The position numbers and the translations under genes were made by a program. Shown here piece by piece: positions 44,501-56,500 of a stretch of 64,000 nt of DNA. The stretch comes from Mayamaea pseudoterrestris (lineage: Eukaryota): contig BROI01000002.1 of the NCBI GenBank assembly GCA_027923505.1, positions 2,294,001 to 2,358,000 on the forward strand. Direction: 5' to 3'. How positions within the stretch are numbered: the first letter of the stretch is position 1; every line of letters starts with the position of its first letter. The notes beneath the pieces are model-generated. The model was not told the origin of the DNA and searched no databases. It was given only the letters and a program-made list of their open reading frames with translations.

Positions 44501-47100
44501 TTCGCGGATAAAATCCTCTAACGCGTTTGACATTTCGCTCTCCGACTTCATCGGGTAGCCGCGCGTGTAAAAACTTTCTCGTCCAACAAGAGCTGCATCT
44601 TAGTAGCTCCCCCATGCCCGGGAATTCCATCATCCAAAGCTGGCGTGTCAGAGTGTATCGTGTCCGTGGCGTGTTCGCGCAACCGCTGAGCGTTCGCGGC
44701 CGGAAATCGTGATTCGTGAGGTGTCGAAATGGTAATCGCGGGTGTGCGCTGAGATGATACCATGCTTCCGTGTGGCGTAAAGTCTGTTGAACTCGCTCAG
44801 TCGGGACCCATCCGAGTGCGGCCGAAGAGCATTATAGTTCGGTTCCTTGCTTCGTGCTTCCGCAAATTAACGCGTGAAAACTGGCGTGTCGCGCGCACCG
44901 ATTGATCAGTACGTCAGTTCGTCGCCAGTGCGTGTCGGCGTGTGACGATTGCGGTGCGTGATACCGTCATCGTCGATCGTTCGTCGAAAGATCCATAATC
45001 GTGATCTCGTTCGTCGAAATCGTCGTTGCGCGTGCTTTCGACATCGTAAACTCGGTCCCGGCGTCCGGCGTCTGGAGTCGGTCTTATCCAAATCATCGCG
45101 CGTGGGTTTCGTCCGTCCAAGTACCCAGGCCATCGCGAATCGCCAATGGCAAGCGCAGCCTCATGTTTGTCGTGTTCGTTGCGTTCCGCCAAACATGGTC
45201 GGAATTCGTCGACGCGATGTCCCATTGCGCGCAATTGATTCGGGCAATGAATCGTCGGTCCGTCTCGCTTTAAAAGCATACTGGTGACACAAAAAGCAGA
45301 ATGGTTTCGCCACTAAGGAGTCTTAGCCAGTCCGGCTGCAGTGCCAATCTTGAGAGCTGGGACAATATGATCGTCAATACCAGTCACATCCACCTCGGCG
45401 TTCGTTTCCGGAAACGACGGCTGTCTCCTCGCATAAGCCTCCGTTGGCGCCGCTGTCGGCGGTCGCCTTCGTTGTCGCTCGTAGTGTGCGCGATTGGCGC
45501 GCATACGACGATGCATGTTGAAGCTGGATGTCCTCGTCCGGTGTTCTCGGTCGTCTGATCCTGTCACTTGCTGAGTTGTAGTACTCGCTTTGTTCGCTTG
45601 CAGAACCCGATGTGCAGCCGTTTGGACTGACATTCACTATTGCCTGGCTGAATATTGTCGTGCCGGGAGCGCGCGTGATCGTTCGCTACAGATTCCGTCG
45701 CGTGACGCTCTTGATGCGCCCGCGTTGACTTGCGTCTGCGTCGTGCCGTGCCTCGTTGGTTCGCGGTCGCCATCCGTTTTCGGTGTCTTGGCGCCGTCGC
45801 CGCTTGTCCCTTCAACTGCTTTCGCTGTCGAACTTCATCTCCAACCAGACTTCATCCTTCACGCTCGCGTGGGTTTCTTCATGATCGCTGCCGTGTTCCG
45901 CCCGATAAGCCGCTTGGGTCGCGCCGCCATTGCCGCCGCCCGCCTCCTTTTCCACTACTGCGCTTGATTGATTGTGCGCTTAGTCTTCGTCTCGTGGGTG
46001 CTTCTTGTCTCTTGTGCGGCACTCTTCTAAGTCGCGTACAACTCGCGAAATTGTCTTCCAGTCGTGTTGCCCCATGTGTTTCTTGATGGCAGTCATTCCG
46101 TCAAAACCTGCTAGCGGCGCTGAATCCGTGTGCTCGGAGAAGCGTCGCGGCATGTCGTATCGTTGTAAACCTGTCAGAGCTTCTCGTCCATTTCGAGCAG
46201 CCAGATGACTTTCTTGTAGACAGTGCGAGAAATTCGATCGTCGGCCTTGACCACTTCTCGGTCCCGCATTCCCCTGCAGTTCGTTCGCGCGTTCCTTCTC
46301 GTGTGAGCAGTGGCGCCTTCTTCGTTCCGTTCGCTCGTTGGTAGACTTCGCGTCCGTCCATCGTCTTCTTGAACTGCTGTCTGCGGGTGATGCAGACGGA
46401 GTTCGCAGTGCGTGGGGAAGATTCTGTATACAAACACATTCTTCTTTGCATCGCCTTCTGTTCCTTCGGTCCCTTTTCCTTCGGGTCTTGTCGTCAAAGA
46501 CTTCGTGGAAGTCGTGCAATGTGCTTTCCTCCGGAATCACTGTTTCCACGGGGAATCCAGCTTTTTCTTTTCCTTCGCGAGAACTGACGTAATTGGTCTG
46601 GTCTTCTCGTCGTCTTCGTCGTCACCGGGTCCGAGTGCGGATGTCGGTGACTGCTTCCGTCACGTTCCGCTTCGGTGGCCCTCGTCGGCTTCGCTCTCGC
46701 TCGTTACGTGGGTCTTGGATTCGTCTTCTTGGATTCCGTTTCGCTTTCCTTCGCTGGAGGTTTGGCTCCTTCCGCCCTTTCGCTGTTGCGCGCTTGGCTC
46801 GTTCCTTCGCTCGTGCTGTGACGAGCGTCGCCAGCGTTTCGGTGGTCGGTTGCGACCATGTCTTGATGTCGACTCTTGCGCCCAAATACCATTCGATCGC
46901 GTTCGTGATCGTGCGTTATTTCATCTTCGTTCGCGAGTGTTCGCTCGTTTCTCGCTTGACATTATGCGCCATCGTCGTCGTCGTCGTTTCGTGTCTCCCC
47001 CCCCCCTTGGCGTTCCGCCGTCGCGAATGGTGCTCCATCTCGATCAATTCGTGGCGATTCTACTCGAGTTCGTCGAATAACTCCTTGAACTGGGGATCTT
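41199..47100 (-). mobile_element. Ty1/Copia family A copy 1: RT-RH intact, integrase/protease/gag full of indels, no 5' LTR
   Basis: ORF 41529-44096 has RKARLVAGG, LYGLRTSG, YVDD and ADVLTK. 44100-47100 is collinear with 56420-59577 but frameshifted. Confidence 0.92.
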
Positions 47101-47495
47101 GAGCGGTGGGTTCATTGTTGCCGAGAGAATGGAAGGTTTGGTTTTTTTGATGGCGCAAGTGACTGCGATTCCTTTGTTGCTGCTACGATGCATGGCCGTG
47201 TACAGGTGCCTCTAGTGGGTGCGCGTGTGTTTGACTCTTGTCATTCTTGTCAGTCAGGTGCGGCAAGCGCTGCGTTTGGCGGCTGCTTGGGCAAATAATG
47301 ATGCGTTTGTTGTCGACTCACTCTGCAAGTTGTCATCGTGTCATTGTTTGTCGCTTGAGTTTGGCATGTATGCATGCTTGTGCGGAACAGTTTCAGCAAG
47401 CTATGAAAAATTTGTAACAGTAGAACTTTTTCCTGCTAGTGTACAAAGTAGCGCTTGGAATTGGAAACTTGCTCGAGGCATGACTCTGGAATGAA

Positions 47496-47878
47496 TGTGT
47501 TAAGGTTCCGGAGCAACCTACTAAAGAAGAAGCGCCGCCAGACGGTGTAGGTGCAAAGGATCCTCATGGTCGAGGAGACAAGGATGGGTGGGTGCCAGTC
47601 AGTCGGAAGAATGTCCGAGGCAGACACACAAAGAAGGCCAAAAGGAGTCGTAAGGGATAGAGCAGTTTCAACTGCACTAAGAGGGAAGGAATGGATTCAA
47701 TCAATACGATTGATTGATGCGTTTCAAGTGGAGAGCTTTGGTCGCTCATCACAAGTTGTTGGTGTGTTGATCGTTAGAAAGACGATTGGAAACAGAGGTA
47801 GCGGATAACAGATTGTTAGCTTCCTTTACAACAAATTTGCAGTCTATAGCTTTAGGAGAATCACAAGTACTTAACACA
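47496..47878 (+). repeat. Probable 5' LTR of a second Copia family (B)
   Basis: Perfect 9-bp terminal inverted repeat TGTGTTAAG (47496) / CTTAACACA (47870-47878), followed by AGATTAA as in family A and a gag ATG at 47903. Confidence 0.7.
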
Positions 47879-47902
47879 AGATTAATCTTGAGTGTTTCAG
47901 CC

Positions 47903-49669
47903 ATGGCGAACGATTCTTCTGAAGATCATAAGGAGAGCGGTAGCTCGGGACGTATCAAGAAGACACCACTCAAGAAGGGAGCAAGCCGCGACGAGTTCAT
48001 GAAGTGGCGCATTGCCTTTGAGCCTGAAGCGCGTCGCATTGGATGCTTGATGTTCTGCGTGCAGGATACGCGTACTGTCGAGCCCTTTATCACTGAGCAA
48101 GAGTATGTTTTGAACAAGATTCATACTGGGCAAACGATGGCGGCAGATGGAGTCACAGCAATCAACACGTTCGTGCCGCCGACGGCGCAGCAGAAGACCT
48201 TCTACCACAAGAACGCCGAGGCGATGGCGGGCTTGATGCTCTGTGTGCAAGACGATGCCATTAAGATGCGTCTGTCGAAGAAGGAGACGGCGTATGAGAT
48301 GTATCAGATGCTCATCAAGGAGTTCGAGACTGCTTACGCGCTCAAAGACTTAACGACTTTTAAGAAGCAGTTGCAGGATCTGTCGCCAAAGCATTGCGAC
48401 AAAGCAGAGAGCTATTTCTCGGAAGCCGACTTGATCAATGAGCATTTAGGATTGATTGGAGACAAGTATAAAGTCTCTGACGAGGAAATGAACATTCAGT
48501 TGTTCCAAGCAATCCCCGATACGTTCGAAACGTGGCGCACTTGGAAGGATATTCACCAAGACAAAGCACCCGAGATGACGGCAAAGGACTTTCGCGATGC
48601 TATGCAGCGTCAATGGGAGCTTAAAGGTCATCCGTGCGGAAAGGTAAAGGGCAAGTTCAGCGACAAGGAAAAGGATCACGCGTTCAATGTTGGCGACAAG
48701 CAATTGGAGAAGAAGGCTTGGGGCAAGAAAGGAAACGGAAAAGGGAATGGCCAGCGCCAAAGTAACTCGCCGGGAGACAAAGCTGCTTGTGAGAAAGCTC
48801 GCAAGGAGAAGCTCAAGACAATTGAATGCTTCAATTGCAAGCAGATGGGCCATTATGCGAGCGACTGTCCGCATCCGAAGATGGACAGCGGCAACAACAA
48901 GGGTAATGGCAAGAGCGAGAAGACTGTCAGCTTCGCCAAGCACAAGAGCAAGAGTGCTATAAAGGATCATGCTTTTGTGATTTGCGAGGATTGCAGTGAT
49001 GATGAATCGACAGTCTTTTACTCGGCAAACGAGCGCAGCGTCGGCTCAGGATCGGCGAGCGTGACTTCATCAACAAGCTCGTCAACCCAAGGAAAGAAGC
49101 TCTGGTGGGCAGACTATCAATGGGATCTTGATCAGGCTGCAGCAAAGGCAGAGGAAGATGGAATTGAGTTCGACGAGGATGAGTTTGACGCGCAGTGGAC
49201 CGGCAAACATTTCGTACCTGAAGAGTCGAAGGAGACTTCGTTCGACGAGCGGAGCGACTATGACTGGAGTCAAGGCAGCCTCAACGTTCCAGACGACGAG
49301 GAAGACTCGAGCATTGAGAGTCGCGCCGGGTTTGAGATGGCGGCAGCTGTTGTTGTCGAAGAAGAGGAAGACTTGGTGTCAGTCGGCAATCTATTCGAGT
49401 CGGATGGAACGGAATGGGAAGCGGACGTACCATTGACGGAGCACGGTGAGCGCATCAAGCGTCAAGATCCAAAGGCGCAAGATGCTTACTGGAGTCAATG
49501 GATCGACTTGGAAAGCTTTGAAAGTTATGCGCGAGCGAATCAGGAAGCAGTAGCAAAGGCTGGATTCGCTGCCGACATTGAGCTTCAAGTCACCAACCGA
49601 GTCGACGCGCTGGACGCTAGTTGGGAGCGTAAAGGCAAGTGCATGGGATGCGACGAGCGTCTCAGTTAT
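47903..49669 (+). mobile_element. Copia-type gag (family B), interrupted by a family A LTR
   Basis: Gag-like N-terminus (TAYEMYQMLIKEF) and a CCHC knuckle CFNCKQMGHYASDC. The ORF runs into the LTR starting at 49670. Confidence 0.8.
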
Positions 49670-52600
49670 TGTAACTTGTAAATCAAATCGTTGCACCTTT
49701 CGCTTGTAGCTGTCCTTGGATGGCCAATCCAAGCTTGCAGTTGCTACAATACGAGAGACGAATAAATCGCTTTCTTAACTCTTCAAGCTTAGTAAGTCTG
49801 CTTGTTTCTACTCTATATCGCACTAGTTTTTGCAATATACTTGTTGAATCGCTTCGAAGCCGTCGCTGCCACGCATCACGCGATCGTGAGGCTGTGGTGA
49901 GCCGCGAGTGCCGCTGTGTCACCCTATCGGACATTCGGTGTGACTTGCCCGATTTTCGCTGTTTTTGTTCGCATCCTGCAACTCCCCTCAAGTCATACCT
50001 AATAGTTAGATTCCTTGAAGAGCAGGTTCTTTAAGTGCTTGCTTGCCGTAGCCCGTGGAAGAAACTTGGTAAGTACATCCGCCGGGTTTGTCGTTCCCAT
50101 GATGTGGTTGAAATTAATAATTCCCGCCGCAATCGCTTCGCGTACACGGTGAAATGCCAGTGCATTGTGTCGCTTCGTCAGACTAGAGTGCGGTAGGTTG
50201 CTGCTTTGCGTTACCGACTTGTTGTCTCCAAACATCCATGAAGGTCCGTCGAGCGGAACTCCCAACATGCGTAGCGTGAAGCGAAGATCCATGATCTGCT
50301 CCGTGCTCACTCTCGCTGCTACAAACTCGCGTCGCTGTCTCGACCGTCGCCATGCTTCGAAACCAATCAACGATTGTTCCATTCAACATGTGTAGCATGC
50401 CCATCGCGCCCGGTCCCGTCCGTGTAATCGTGGTACAGGTTCGCATCTTCGAACGTTGACATTCGCGACCGCCTTGCCGCGGCGTGGGCATGTTCCACGG
50501 AAGCTCTTCGCAGATCTTGCCGTACACACTGTAATCCCAATCCATCTTGTCAACTGTCGCGTATCGCTCGTCCGTTGGAATCGAAACGTTGAATCGAATC
50601 GCTCCATCCGGGTATCGTCGTAAGTATCCGCAAATATGCTTCAACCGTTCCAAGTGCCCCGCTCGTGGCGCAGCTCGGAATCTCCCCATAGTCATGACAG
50701 CACAGTGAATGTCGAATCGACATAAACTTACTGCCCATTGCAACGCGCACCAATTATCGATTGATACTTCGCAAATCCGTCGCCGTCAAGTTCTTTCGTT
50801 TCGTCGAGTTCCGGATGATCGCCGTCGCGTAGTGGACTTGTCTGCGGCCGCGGTTCCTCGCGAACATTTCTTTGTAGTTCGCTAGTAGTCTTGTGACGTA
50901 CTTCTTCGCTCCGAAGCAGAGTACGCCGTCGTCGTCTCGCCAAACGTCTGCGCCCAAATGATATGCCAATGGACCGACGCCCTTCAACTTGTAGTTGTAG
51001 TTCTCAATTAAAAGATCCGTTAGTTCCTTCGGATTCTTCATCGCTATCGCTTCATCGTCGACATACACACAAACGTATTCGTAGTGCGTGCCTTTATCGC
51101 GCATCCACACGTCCGGTTCTGCGATACCGGCATGAAGCCAATGTCGCGGAGCGTGTCTGCAAAGTGCTCGTGCCAGCGTGCGCCCTGACGTGCGAAGACC
51201 GTATAATGCCTTCACGATCGTGAGCGTGCGACCCTCGAGGGACTCCGGACCTGCCACGATATAAACCTTCTCTTTCGTTTTCGCTTCCAAGTATGCGTTG
51301 CCGACGTCAGCTGCCCACAGTTCCAGACCGTTGAGTTCCGCTAACATCGCTACCATTCGTAGACTTCGCAATGACACAACGCCCAAGTAAACTGAATCCT
51401 TCGGCGGCTCTGTCATATGTCCTCCTGCAACGAGTCGTGTGCTTTCCGTCGCAAATCGTGCTTGACACCGAATATCATGTGCACGTTTATTCGTTTCCAC
51501 GGCGCCGGCATAACCTTACCGACTCCTTGATCTGCGAACGTGTGGTAATCATTTATCTGATTTAATTCCGTTCGAATCGCATCCGTCCACAGCGGTGTTG
51601 CCGTTGATCTCGTCGAGAGCTTTCGCATCTTTATAATTGCGCGGCAACCTTACGCCGAATTTGTAGCGTACGCCCGTTTGCTTTCGATTTTCGTTTCGCC
51701 GCGTTACCATCTGTCGAAACTTCTTTCGCTTTCCGAGTGTAATGCTCCAGCTGCTTCCATCCTGGCTTGTCGAGTAAGCCGTGCCTGAGTCCATACTCTG
51801 CAATCGTTATCGGATCGTCCTTCTTCATGATCGCGAGAGGCTCCACGTCGTCGTTCCGTCAGTCCATTCGACGAGAACGTTACTTGAACTTCCTTTGTAT
51901 GTCGGATCGTTCGGTTTCAAATTAAGCTCGTGGTCCGATTACCTTCGTGAATACCCACTGAGTCGCCGGATCGTTTCGTATATCTTCGTCCATCTGTCGT
52001 TCGATTAAACCGACAGTTCGTTGTAACTTATTAAGTCTTTCGCTGGCTCCTCTCCCATTTGGATTAGGAAACCTTTCGTCGTTTCGAGTAGCTCGTTATC
52101 GCGTACTTCGATATATTCGCGTACAGTCGCTCGCATTTTCTGACCGTTTCGTGTTCCCTACGAACGTGCGTCCGATGAGTTCGCTTGGAGAGAACAGAGG
52201 GCATTTATTCCCTGATTCTTGCTCAGCCCTTCTGAAGAACTTCGGCTGGTACGTTGGCGTGGTTCGCCATCGGAATTGTTTCGTCGTCGTTTCCTTCGTA
52301 GTTGTCGTGACTACTTTCTGTCACATGCGTGCTCTGGTAGCGTCCCGTCGCGAGATCTGGGGCTGCTTTCGCATAGCGCGTGCTTTTCAGAAATCTCCCT
52401 CCAGACTCAGGGAAGGAAGGCAACTCTCGTGGTAACAAGTAGCTGCGTGAGACCGGTGGAGCGCGCGTGAATCGCTGGAAGCGTGTCGTCCGTCAGAACG
52501 AGAAAAGTCATGTGCGGACCGCTATTCTCTGCGATGCCCACGAATCGGCCGTTGCCAGATCGTACCGCCGAGGGAAAGCTCCCCTGCGCCTCAAACGTGA

Positions 52601-53523
52601 CCGGTTCCCACCACTTGAAATGTAACAAAGGCGAAATATCCGGCAGATTTCCGAACGCAACTTCCGTTGGCGTGCGCCATCCCAGCGATTTCGTCGCGAG
52701 GACGTTCAGTATCATGATTACGAATTTAATCAGCAAAACCCAGCAATGGCCTGGCGAACCCGAATCTCGTTGGAGGTTCTCCATCATTGGCTTAATGTGC
52801 GACGTGTGACGTTCGCATGGATTTTTTCTGATGACGGTTCGTGTGGTCACTTGAGGAATATTGTACATCCGACAGAGATCCTCACAGCCTTGCCAGTCTC
52901 CGACTTGGCATTGTCGCTGAGCAGTCCGTTAGGAGCGCCCACTTCGCGGATAAAATCCTCTAACGCGTTTGACATTTCGCTCTCCGACTTCATCGGGTAG
53001 CCGCGCGTGTAAAAACTTTCTCGTCCAACAAAGAGCTGCATCTTAGTAGCTCCCCCATGCCCTAGAATTCAATCATCCAAAGCTGGCGTGTCAGAGTGTA
53101 TCGTGTCCGTGGCAATAGTTCGGCGAACCCTGAGCGTTCGCGCGAACGTGATTTCGTCACGTCCAAGTACACCAGGCCATCGCGAATTGCCAATGGCAAA
53201 ACGTAGCCTCCAATGTTCGTCGTAATTCGTTGCGTTCCGCCAAACATGGTCGGAATATCGTCGACGCGATGTCCCATTGCGCGCAATTGATTCGGGCAAT
53301 GAATCGTCGGTCCGTCTCGCTTTAAAGCATACTGGTGACACAGAAGCAGAATGGTTTCGCCACTAAGGGTCTTTGCCAGTCCAGCTGCAGTGCCAATCTT
53401 GAGAGCTGGGACAATATGATCGTCAATACCAGTCACATCCACCTCGGCGTCGTTTCCGAAACGACGAGCATGTCTCCTCCGCATAAGCCTCCGTTCGCGC
53501 CGCTCTGGTTGCCGTTCGACCAT
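49670..53523 (-). mobile_element. Copia family A copy 2: 3' LTR 49670-49980 plus degenerate, internally deleted pol, truncated near the protease
   Basis: Collinear with copy 3 but with many small indels and a deletion near 53150. It ends near the SGANGG region before the next LTR. Confidence 0.9.
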
Positions 53524-56500
53524 TGTAACTTGTAAATCAAATCGTTGCACCTTTCGCTTGTAGCTGTCCTTGGATGGCCAATCCAAGCTTGCAGTTGCTA
53601 CAATACGAGAGACGAATAAATCGCTTTCTTAACTCTTCAAGCTTAGTAAGTCTGCTTGTTTCTACTCTATATCGCACTAGTTTCAGCAATATACTTGTTG
53701 AATCGCTTCGAAGCCGTCGCTGCCACGCATCACGCGATCGTGAGGCTGTGGTGAGCCGCGAGTGCCGCTGTGTCACCCTATCGGACATTCGGTGTGACTT
53801 GCCCGATTTTCGCTGTTTTCGTTCGCATCCTGCAACTCCCCTCAAGTCATACCTAATAGTTAGATTCCTTGAAGAGCAGGTTCTTTAAGTGCTTGCTTGC
53901 CGTAGCCCGTGGAAGAAACTTGGTAAGTACATCCGCCGGGTTTGTCGTTCCCATGATGTGGTTGAAATTAATAATTCCCGCCGCAATCGCTTCGCGTACA
54001 CGGTGAAATGCCAGTGCATTGTGTCGCTTCGTCAGACTAGAGTGCGGTAGGTTGCTGCTTTGCGTTACCGACTTGTTGTCTCCAAACATCCATGAAGGTC
54101 CGTCGAGCGGAACTCCCAACATGCGTAGCGTGAAGCGAAGATCCATGATCTGCTCCGTGCTCACTCTCGCTGCTACAAACTCCGAGCCGTACGTCGCCGT
54201 CTCGACCGTCGCTTGGCGTTTCGAAAACCAATCAACGACTGTTCCATTCAACATGTGTAGCATGCCCATCGCTGCCCGTCCCGTCGTGTAATCGTGGTAC
54301 AGGTTCGCATCTTCGAACGTTGACATTCGCACCGCCTTGCCGCGCGGCGTGGGCATGTTCCACGGAAGCTCTTCGCAGATCTTGCCGTACACACTGTAAT
54401 CCCAATCCATCTTGTCAACTGTCGCGTATCGCTCGTCCGTTGGAATCGAAACGTTGAATCGAATCGCTCCATCCGGGTATCTTCGTAAGTATCCGCAAAT
54501 ATGCTTCAACCGTTCCAAGTGCCCCGCTCGTGGCGCAGCTCGGAATCTCCCCATAGTCATGACAGCACAGTGAATGTCGAATCGACATAAACTTACTGCC
54601 CATTGCAACGCACCAATTATCGATTGATACTTCGCAATTCCGTCGTCGTCAAGTTCTTTCGTTTCGTCGAGTTCCGGATGATCGCCGTCGCGTAGTGGAC
54701 TTGTCTGCGGTCGCGGTTCCTCGCCGAACATTTCTTTGTAGTTCGCTAGTAGTCTTGTGACGTACTTCTTCGCTCCTAATCAGAGTACGCCGTCGTCGTC
54801 TCGCCAAACGTCTGCGCCCAAATGATATGCCAATGGACCGACGCCCTTCAACTTGTAGTTGTAGTTCTCAATTAAAAGATCCGTTAGTTCCTTCGGATTC
54901 TTCATCGCTATCGCTAAATCGTCGACATACACACAAACGTATTCGTAGTGCGTGCCTTTATCGCGCATCCACACGTCCGGTTCTGCGATACACGGCGTGA
55001 AGCCAATGTCGCGGAGCGTGTCTGCAAAGTGCTCGTGCCAGCGTGCGCCTGACGTGCGAAGACCGTATAGTGCCTTCACGATCGTGAGCGTGTGACCCTC
55101 GAGCTCCCCGAACTCCGGACCTGCCACGATATAAACCTTCTCTTTCGTTTTCGCTTCCAAGTATGCGTTGCCGACGTCAGCTGCCCACAGTTCCAGACCG
55201 TTGAGTTCCGCTAACATCGCTACCATTCGTAGACTTCGCAATGACACAACGCCCGAGTAAACTGAATCCTTCGGCGGCTCTGTCATATGTCCTCCTGCAA
55301 CGAGTCGTGCTTTCCGTCGCAAATCGTGCTTGACATCGAATATCATGTGCACGTTTATTCGTTTCCACGGCGCCGGCATAACCTTACCGACTCCTTGATC
55401 TGCGAACGTGTCGTAATCATTTATCTGATTTAATTCCGTTCGAATCGCATCCGTCCACAGCGTGTTGCCGTTGATCTCGTCGAGAGCTTTCGCATCTTTA
55501 TAATTGCGCGGCAACCTTACGCCGAATTTGTAGCGTACGCCGTTTGCTTTCGATTTTCGTTTCGCCGCTGTTACCATCTGTCGAAACTTCTTTCGCTTCC
55601 GAGTGTAATGCTCCAGCTGCTTCCATCCTGGCTTGTCGAGTAAGCCGTGCTTGAGTCCATACTCTGCGATCGTTATCGGATCGTCCTTCTTCATGATCGC
55701 GAGAGGCTCCCACGTCGTCGTTCCGTCAGTCCATTCGACGAGAACGTTACTTGAACTTCCTTTGTATGTCGGATCGTTCGGTTTCAAATTAAGCTCGTGT
55801 CCGATTACCTTCGTGAATACCCACTGAGTCGCCGGATCGTTTCGTATATCTTCGTCCATCTGTCGTTCGATTAAATCCGACAGTTCGTTGTAACTTATTA
55901 AGTCTTTCGCTGGCTCCTCTCCCATTTGGATTAGGAAACCTTTCGTCGTTTCGAGTAGCTCGTTATCGCGTACTTCGATATATTCGCATACAGTCGCTCG
56001 CATTTTCTGACCGTTTTCGTGTTCCCTTACGAACGTGCGTCCGATGAGTTCGCTTGGAGAGAACAGAGGGCATTTATTCCCTGATTCTTGCTCAGCCCTT
56101 CTGAAGAACTTCGCTGGTACGTTGGCGTGGTTCGCCATCGGAATTGTTTCGTCGTCGTTTCCTTCGTAGTTGTCGTGACTACTTTCTGTCGCATGCGTGC
56201 TATGGTAGCGTCCTGTCGCGAGATCTGGAGTTTCAAAATTTCGCTCGCTTGCGCGTGTAGCTTCTTCAGAAATCTCCCCTCCAGACTCAGGGAAGGAAGG
56301 CAACTCTCGTGGTAACAAGTAGCTGCGCGAGACCACGTTGGAGCGCGGAATCGCCTGAAGCGTGTCGTCCGTCAGAACGAGAAAAGTCATGTGCGGACCG
56401 CTATTCTCTGCGATGCCCACGAATCGGCCGTTGCCAGATCGTACCGCCGAGGGAAAACTCCCCTGCGCCTCAAACGTGACCGGTTCCCACCACTTGAAAT

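Noticed and set aside
44100..47100. Dense frameshifts as evidence of ancient decay or programmed frameshifting
   Set aside because: Small deletions dominate while the adjacent sequence is near-identical to intact copies. This is more consistent with unpolished long-read error.
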